Part shown: positions 59,545 to 64,000 of the stretch, piece by piece
Layout: each line of letters opens with the position of its first letter
Position numbering within the stretch: the stretch's first letter is position 1
Assembly (NCBI GenBank): GCA_964546565.1
Contig: CAZJKC010000001.1
Location: 16,997 to 80,996 of the forward strand
Origin: an uncultured Staphylococcaceae bacterium
GTDB taxonomy: Bacteria > Bacillota_I > Bacilli_A > RFN20 > CAG-826
Reading direction: 5' to 3'
DNA length: 64,000 bases
The notes under the pieces: model-generated
Database searches by the model: none
The model's input: the letters and a program-made list of their open reading frames with translations, nothing else
Told to the model about the DNA's origin: nothing
Translations under genes and position numbers: made by a program

Positions 59545-60861
59545 TTACTTTCGTTCTCTTAAAACAAATTTTATTGGGCTTCCTTCTAGTTCAAAAGCAT
59601 TACGAATTCTATTTTCCAAATATCTTTCATATGAAAAATGCATATAATGCGGATCATTTACAAATAATACAAAGGTTGGAGGACATTCTCCTACTTGATT
59701 TGCAAACAATATTTTTAAACGACCGCCATTAAAATGGGGAGGCGGATTCATAATCTGAGCATCTTGCATTATTTCATTCAACACAGAAGTAGATATATGA
59801 CTATGATAAGAATCATACGCTACATCAATGGCTTGAAAAATCGAGTTAATACGCGATTTATTAATTGCAGAAACAAAAACGATAGGAACATAATCAATAA
59901 ATTTGAAATGCTCACGAACTTTTTTAGAAAACTCCGCCATAGTATGTTGATCTTTTTCTACAGCATCCCATTTATTAACAACTATTATCATAGCCTTTTT
60001 GGCATCAATCGCATAACTTGCAACATTTTTATCTTGTTCACGCACGCCATCGATAGCGTCAATAACCAATAAAACAATATCGCTTCTGTCGATAGCGGAA
60101 AGAGCTCTTAAAGCTGCATATTTATCAATAGCCTCATAAATACGCCCTCTCTTTTTTAATCCGGCTGTATCGATAACAACATAATCTCGACCATCTCTTT
60201 TAAAAGAGGTGTCGATAGCGTCACGTGTTGTCCCCTCAATAGGAGAAGCAATAACTCGTGATTGATTTAGAATAGCGTTTACTAAACTTGATTTTCCAAC
60301 ATTTGGACGACCGATAAAAGAAAAGCATATTTGCCCTTCATAATCATTTATATTCTTTTCCGGAAGAGATTGAATAATACAATCAAGAACATCACCTATT
60401 CCAATACCATGCGCTCCTGAAACGGCAATGGGGTCACCAAGTCCTAATGAATAAAACTCATTAATATCACCGGCATGATATCCATCATCTATTTTATTAA
60501 CGGCTAAAATGATTTTTTTATCAACTTTATATAACATTTTAGCTACAATACGATCATCATTTGTTATACCAACTTTACCATCAGTCACAAAAACTATCAC
60601 ATCGGCTTCTTCAATAGCAATCTCTACTTGCGCTCTTATTTGATCTTGAAAAGGACGATTAGCAATTTCCACTCCCCCAGTATCGATTAAACGGAATTCT
60701 TTTCCAAGCCATGATGCTTTCGCATAAATTCGATCACGTGTAACTCCCGGTTGGTCATCAATAATGGATTTTCTTTCGCCAACAATACGATTAAAAATGG
60801 TTGATTTTCCAACATTAGGCGCACCAACAATAGCAACAATACCAACGCTCATTTTATTCAC
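59545..60861 (-). CDS. der: ribosome biogenesis GTPase Der (EngA), tandem GTPase domains + KH-like
   Basis: Two G domains (GAPNVGKST and GRPNVGKSS). Confidence 0.95.
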   Translation of the reverse strand: MNKMSVGIVAIVGAPNVGKSTIFNRIVGERKSIIDDQPGVTRDRIYAKASWLGKEFRLIDTGGVEIANRPFQDQIRAQVEIAIEEADVIVFVTDGKVGITNDDRIVAKMLYKVDKKIILAVNKIDDGYHAGDINEFYSLGLGDPIAVSGAHGIGIGDVLDCIIQSLPEKNINDYEGQICFSFIGRPNVGKSSLVNAILNQSRVIASPIEGTTRDAIDTSFKRDGRDYVVIDTAGLKKRGRIYEAIDKYAALRALSAIDRSDIVLLVIDAIDGVREQDKNVASYAIDAKKAMIIVVNKWDAVEKDQHTMAEFSKKVREHFKFIDYVPIVFVSAINKSRINSIFQAIDVAYDSYHSHISTSVLNEIMQDAQIMNPPPHFNGGRLKILFANQVGECPPTFVLFVNDPHYMHFSYERYLENRIRNAFELEGSPIKFVLRERK

Positions 60862-61519
60862 CTGTTCTTTCTAAAATAAGATGAATGACCGTTTCACTAA
60901 CTTCTTCAATAGACATATTAGATGTATCTAATTGAATAGAATCATCGGCTGGCCTTAAAGGGGCAAACGCTCTTGTTGAATCAATTTCATCTCGTCTAAT
61001 TAAATCTTTTTCAATTTGTTCAAGTTCGCAAGCAATACCTTTTTGAATATTTTCTTTATAACGTCTTTTAGCTCTTTCTTGCACAGAAGCAATTTGATAT
61101 ATTTTAACCTCAGCATTTGGTAACACATATGTTCCGATATCACGACCATCCATAACCACCGAATAGTTTTCTGCCATTTTTCTTTGCTGTTCCACTAAGG
61201 CTAAACGAACTTCTTTATATGAAGCGATATAAGAAACATTTTGGGTGACTTCTAAAGAACGAATTTCTTTAGTTACATCAATATTATTACAAAAAACAGT
61301 TTCATCGGGATTTAAAACAATATTAATTTGGTTTATTAATTCACAGACCGCTTTTTCATTTTGACAATCTATACCTTTAGATAAAGCAAACCAAGTCACA
61401 CAACGATACATTGCCCCCGTATCAATGTATACAAAGCCTAAACGTTTCGCAACTATTTTAGCAATTGTTGATTTGCCAGCTGCTGCTGGTCCATCAATTG
61501 CTACAGCTATTTTTTTCAT
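60854..61519 (-). CDS. cmk: cytidylate kinase
   Basis: P-loop AIDGPAAAGKST. Length 221 aa. Confidence 0.9.
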   Translation of the reverse strand: MKKIAVAIDGPAAAGKSTIAKIVAKRLGFVYIDTGAMYRCVTWFALSKGIDCQNEKAVCELINQINIVLNPDETVFCNNIDVTKEIRSLEVTQNVSYIASYKEVRLALVEQQRKMAENYSVVMDGRDIGTYVLPNAEVKIYQIASVQERAKRRYKENIQKGIACELEQIEKDLIRRDEIDSTRAFAPLRPADDSIQLDTSNMSIEEVSETVIHLILERTGE

Positions 61520-61536
61520 ACAAAATCATCTCCCCA

Positions 61537-61821
61537 TCATTTAAATATCGCCATAATAACACCTAAAATGGCAAATAATATAATTAAAATCATCAACAAA
61601 TAAACAAACACTTTTGATTTAGTCCAAGTATTTTTATTAAAAGAAACAATCTCTTTTTTTTCTTTTTCTATAGAAGATGATTCTCGATAACTAGTTAAAG
61701 GCTGCTCGTCACTTAAATGTTTACCTTTTGACTGAGCAATGGGTAGGTCACCTTCATCACGAGATGCAATGAAAGTTCGATATTTTTGAAATCGATCTTT
61801 GCGCATTTTCATGACTATCAC
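61537..61821 (-). CDS. hypothetical membrane-anchored protein (C-terminal TM)
   Basis: Hydrophilic N-terminus and a hydrophobic C-terminal 25 aa. Confidence 0.4.
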   Translation of the reverse strand: MIVMKMRKDRFQKYRTFIASRDEGDLPIAQSKGKHLSDEQPLTSYRESSSIEKEKKEIVSFNKNTWTKSKVFVYLLMILIILFAILGVIMAIFK

Positions 61822-61962
61822 ACCCTTTTTCTATCACACCACTTATTCTAATAAAAAATCATCTTTTTTGCTAGACTATCTTTCGAAAAGAACAACAATT
61901 ATTGATTTGCTTTTTACTAGCAAACAAATTATAATAAATCTTGTCTAAAGGAGGATATATAA

Positions 61963-62148
61963 ATGGCCAAAAAAGTTACTGTCGATCAAACGTCTTGTGT
62001 TGCTTGCGGTCTTTGCACATCCATCGCTCCAGAAGTGTTCGTTTTGGATGATGAAGGTTTCGCAAAAGTAATCGTAGACAGTGTTGATGACTCCATTGCC
62101 GATGATGCTGTAAATAGTTGTCCTGTTGGCGCCATTAGTGCTGAATAA
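61963..62148 (+). CDS. fer: ferredoxin, single [4Fe-4S] type
   Basis: CxxCxxC...CP pattern (CVACGLC ... CPVGAI). 61 aa. Confidence 0.85.
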   Translation: MAKKVTVDQTSCVACGLCTSIAPEVFVLDDEGFAKVIVDSVDDSIADDAVNSCPVGAISAE

Positions 62149-62151
62149 AAT

Positions 62152-62180
62152 TACTCGGTTTTTAACCGAGTTTTTTTTAT
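62152..62180. terminator. bidirectional rho-independent terminator
   Basis: CTCGGTT-ttta-AACCGAG hairpin followed by T8. Sits between convergent fer and the ECF S-component gene. Confidence 0.85.
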
Positions 62181-62806
62181 ACCTTTTTTAAAAGAGGACT
62201 AATCTTCTTATAAATAATAAAGGTGATTAAAATTACAATGGCATCTTTTAAAATATTAAAGGGAACAATTCCCCAAATAGTAAGAGAAAGATGAATATCG
62301 CTAATATGAGGATTAATAGCCTGCATTGACTTTAAAAGGGTATCGGCAGTTAATCCTTTGTATAAATACAAATAAAAGTCAATCATGACAAAGCAAGTTA
62401 AAAGTCCGCTGACAAGGACTTGAAATAAAAATCCTATTAAAAAACCAATACATACCCCTTTTAAACTGCGATTCCTTTTATATATAGTAGCGGCTGGTAA
62501 TATAAAGGCCACAGAATAAATAAAATCCGCTAATTCACCAACACAAACTGTTGAAGTAAAGGGAAGTTTTATGATTGTTCTAATGACCAACACCCAAAAT
62601 CCCACCATTGGTCCATAAGCAAAAGAAGCAATAAAAACAGGGATTTCGTCAAAATGGAATTCTAAAAATGATGGAAAAACCGAAGGGATTTTAAATTGAA
62701 AAATTGGCACAATATATAAAATAGCCGCTAAAGCGCTAAAAATACCAATGCGAGCTATTTGTTGTGTCGTTATTTTTTTATTTTTAATTTGTTCCATTAA
62801 TGTCAT
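62177..62806 (-). CDS. ribU: ECF-transporter S component, probably riboflavin-specific (RibU-like)
   Basis: ~200-aa, 5-6 TM protein with ECF-S-like composition. Directly downstream of an FMN riboswitch. Confidence 0.65.
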   Translation of the reverse strand: MTLMEQIKNKKITTQQIARIGIFSALAAILYIVPIFQFKIPSVFPSFLEFHFDEIPVFIASFAYGPMVGFWVLVIRTIIKLPFTSTVCVGELADFIYSVAFILPAATIYKRNRSLKGVCIGFLIGFLFQVLVSGLLTCFVMIDFYLYLYKGLTADTLLKSMQAINPHISDIHLSLTIWGIVPFNILKDAIVILITFIIYKKISPLLKKV

Positions 62807-62847
62807 ATCCTTTCAACAAAACACTCAGGAACATAGTAACCAAAAGA

Positions 62848-62956
62848 AAAACTTCTTTCATCCAGACTTTACTGTCGCCACTAGAATTTCACTAGTTCAG
62901 CAATTAAGCTCGCGGGGTTTACCGCCGGTAAGGAATTACACCTTGTCCTGAAGTAA
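62848..62956 (-). promoter_or_regulatory. FMN riboswitch (RFN element)
   Basis: Minus strand reads CTTCAGGACAAGGTGTAATTCCTTACCGGCGGTAAACCCCGCGAGC ... GGCGACAGTAAAGTCTGGATGAAAGAAG, matching RFN conserved blocks (GUGAAAUUCC, ACCGGCGGUA, CCCGCGAGC, GACAGUGAAAGUCUGGAUG, AGAAG). P1 pairs as CUUC/GAAG. Confidence 0.85.
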
Positions 62957-63009
62957 TTTAATTATAAACTTTTTTTTATTATATTTAAACTTTTTATTTA
63001 CACTATACA

Positions 63010-63528
63010 TTAACGAAAAAAAACTAAAGATAAAATAATAGCAACAAGCATACCTGCTACATCTGCGATTAATCCTGATTTTAACGCATGACGCCATTTC
63101 GTAATCCCAACTGAAGAAAAATATAACGCTAAAACATATAATGTCGTATCCGTACTACCTTGAATTGTCGAAGCCATACGGCATGATAAAGAATCAGGAC
63201 CGGCAACACAAATGTTTTGTAAAACAGCAATAGAGGCAGACCCTGATATTGGTCGAAAAATTAACATTGGAATAATATCTTGTAAAATATCTATTTTAAT
63301 AAAATAGTTTGCCAAAAAAGATGATAAATCTTCTAATAGACCTGATGATTTTAAAAGCGATACCGCCAAAAACATCGCTATGACACTCGGAAATACTTCT
63401 TTAAAAAGATTTAATCCTTCTTTACTACCATTAATAAAAGAAGTATATGCATTTTTCCTTTTAATAATAGCGCTTAAAAGGGCAATAACCACTAATAATG
63501 GAACAAAGAAATATGATAATTTAATCAT
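63010..63528 (-). CDS. spmB: spore maturation protein B
   Basis: Nucleoside-recognition (Gate) domain membrane protein. Overlaps upstream spmA by 4 nt. Confidence 0.75.
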   Translation of the reverse strand: MIKLSYFFVPLLVVIALLSAIIKRKNAYTSFINGSKEGLNLFKEVFPSVIAMFLAVSLLKSSGLLEDLSSFLANYFIKIDILQDIIPMLIFRPISGSASIAVLQNICVAGPDSLSCRMASTIQGSTDTTLYVLALYFSSVGITKWRHALKSGLIADVAGMLVAIILSLVFFR

Positions 63529-64000
63529 TTTCTTTTCCCTCTTTTTTGAAAAATACGATCAGATATAAGTCCCACAACACACGCTATAAGAGTAGAAATA
63601 ATGGCTAAAAAGACAAAGTCGGCCGGATTTGATGAATTTGCAGCTTGTCTTATAGCTAAAACACTAGTCGGTATAATCGTTACCCCTCCGGTATTTAAGA
63701 CTAAAAAAGTAATCATTTCATCACTTGCAACACCTTTTTCTTCTTTTGATATCATTTTTAATCTTTTCATTGCTTTAAGTCCACTTGGTGTTGCAGCAAA
63801 TCCTAATCCAAACATATTTGCAGCGATATTTGATGAAATATACTTTTTCGCCTCTTCATCTTTTAGTTTTGGCATCAAAAGGTTCAATAACGGGTCTAAA
63901 GCTTTTGCTACCCAACTAATAATACCCGTATCAAGCATAATATTCATAATTCCCATCCAAAAACATGCAGACATAACCAGCGTTAAACACAATTCAAATC
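63525..64000 (-). CDS. spmA: spore maturation protein A (5' end outside the window)
   Basis: Gate-domain membrane protein. The ORF runs off the window end. Confidence 0.7.
   Translation of the reverse strand, partial: FELCLTLVMSACFWMGIMNIMLDTGIISWVAKALDPLLNLLMPKLKDEEAKKYISSNIAANMFGLGFAATPSGLKAMKRLKMISKEEKGVASDEMITFLVLNTGGVTIIPTSVLAIRQAANSSNPADFVFLAIISTLIACVVGLISDRIFQKRGKRK

Noticed and set aside
62748-62951. Plus-strand 67-aa ORF
   Set aside because: Overlaps the FMN riboswitch on the opposite strand. Non-coding regulatory RNA region.
63380-63568. Plus-strand 62-aa ORF
   Set aside because: Antisense to the spmB/spmA junction.
1-64000. CRISPR arrays, tRNA/rRNA genes, IS elements with terminal inverted repeats
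   Set aside because: No regularly spaced repeats, no cloverleaf-capable GC-rich 70-90-nt segments in intergenic DNA, and no transposase-like ORFs were seen.

Overview
AT-rich (~30% GC) chromosomal segment from an endospore-forming Firmicute. Gene order is strikingly Bacillus-like: nfu / nrnA / fba-rpoE(delta)-argS / ispF-ychF-cspA / fhs-miaA-mutL-mutS-cotE / ricA-miaB-spoVS-ymdB-rny / recA-cinA-pgsA-rnpB-gpsB / recU-ponA / nth-dnaD / dapB / hup / spoIVA / der-cmk / fer / spmAB. The first ~11 kb is accessory. It opens with a GC-richer (~40%), translationally coupled six-gene operon led by an XRE-HTH repressor and an ImmA/IrrE metalloprotease and ending in a basic/acidic small-protein pair. After that come two divergent COG1373 (AAA_14/DUF4143) ATPases, a fused ABC/FtsX transporter, a lipoprotein and a LicD-family gene. 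A second accessory pocket (34-40.5 kb) sits between cotE and ricA-miaB. It holds two large surface lipoproteins, one of them a BspA-type leucine-rich-repeat protein whose promoter carries a G13 homopolymer in the -35/-10 spacer (candidate phase variation). It also holds a tightly overlapping four-gene DUF3990/DUF3791 module in which the DUF3990 protein shows an H-G-S / G-x-G-F-Y / Y-E motif pattern typical of ADP-ribosyltransferase folds. Non-coding calls are an RNase P RNA (type B) between pgsA and gpsB, an FMN riboswitch ahead of a RibU-like ECF S-component, and several rho-independent terminators. Further points of interest are a 155-aa protein with about 20 cysteines at the B. subtilis cotD-syntenic position, a truncated 221-aa cca, a three-gene ABC/FtsX cluster and a 454-aa unknown protein between hup and spoIVA. 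All functional calls rest on motif-level recognition by eye, without database searches.
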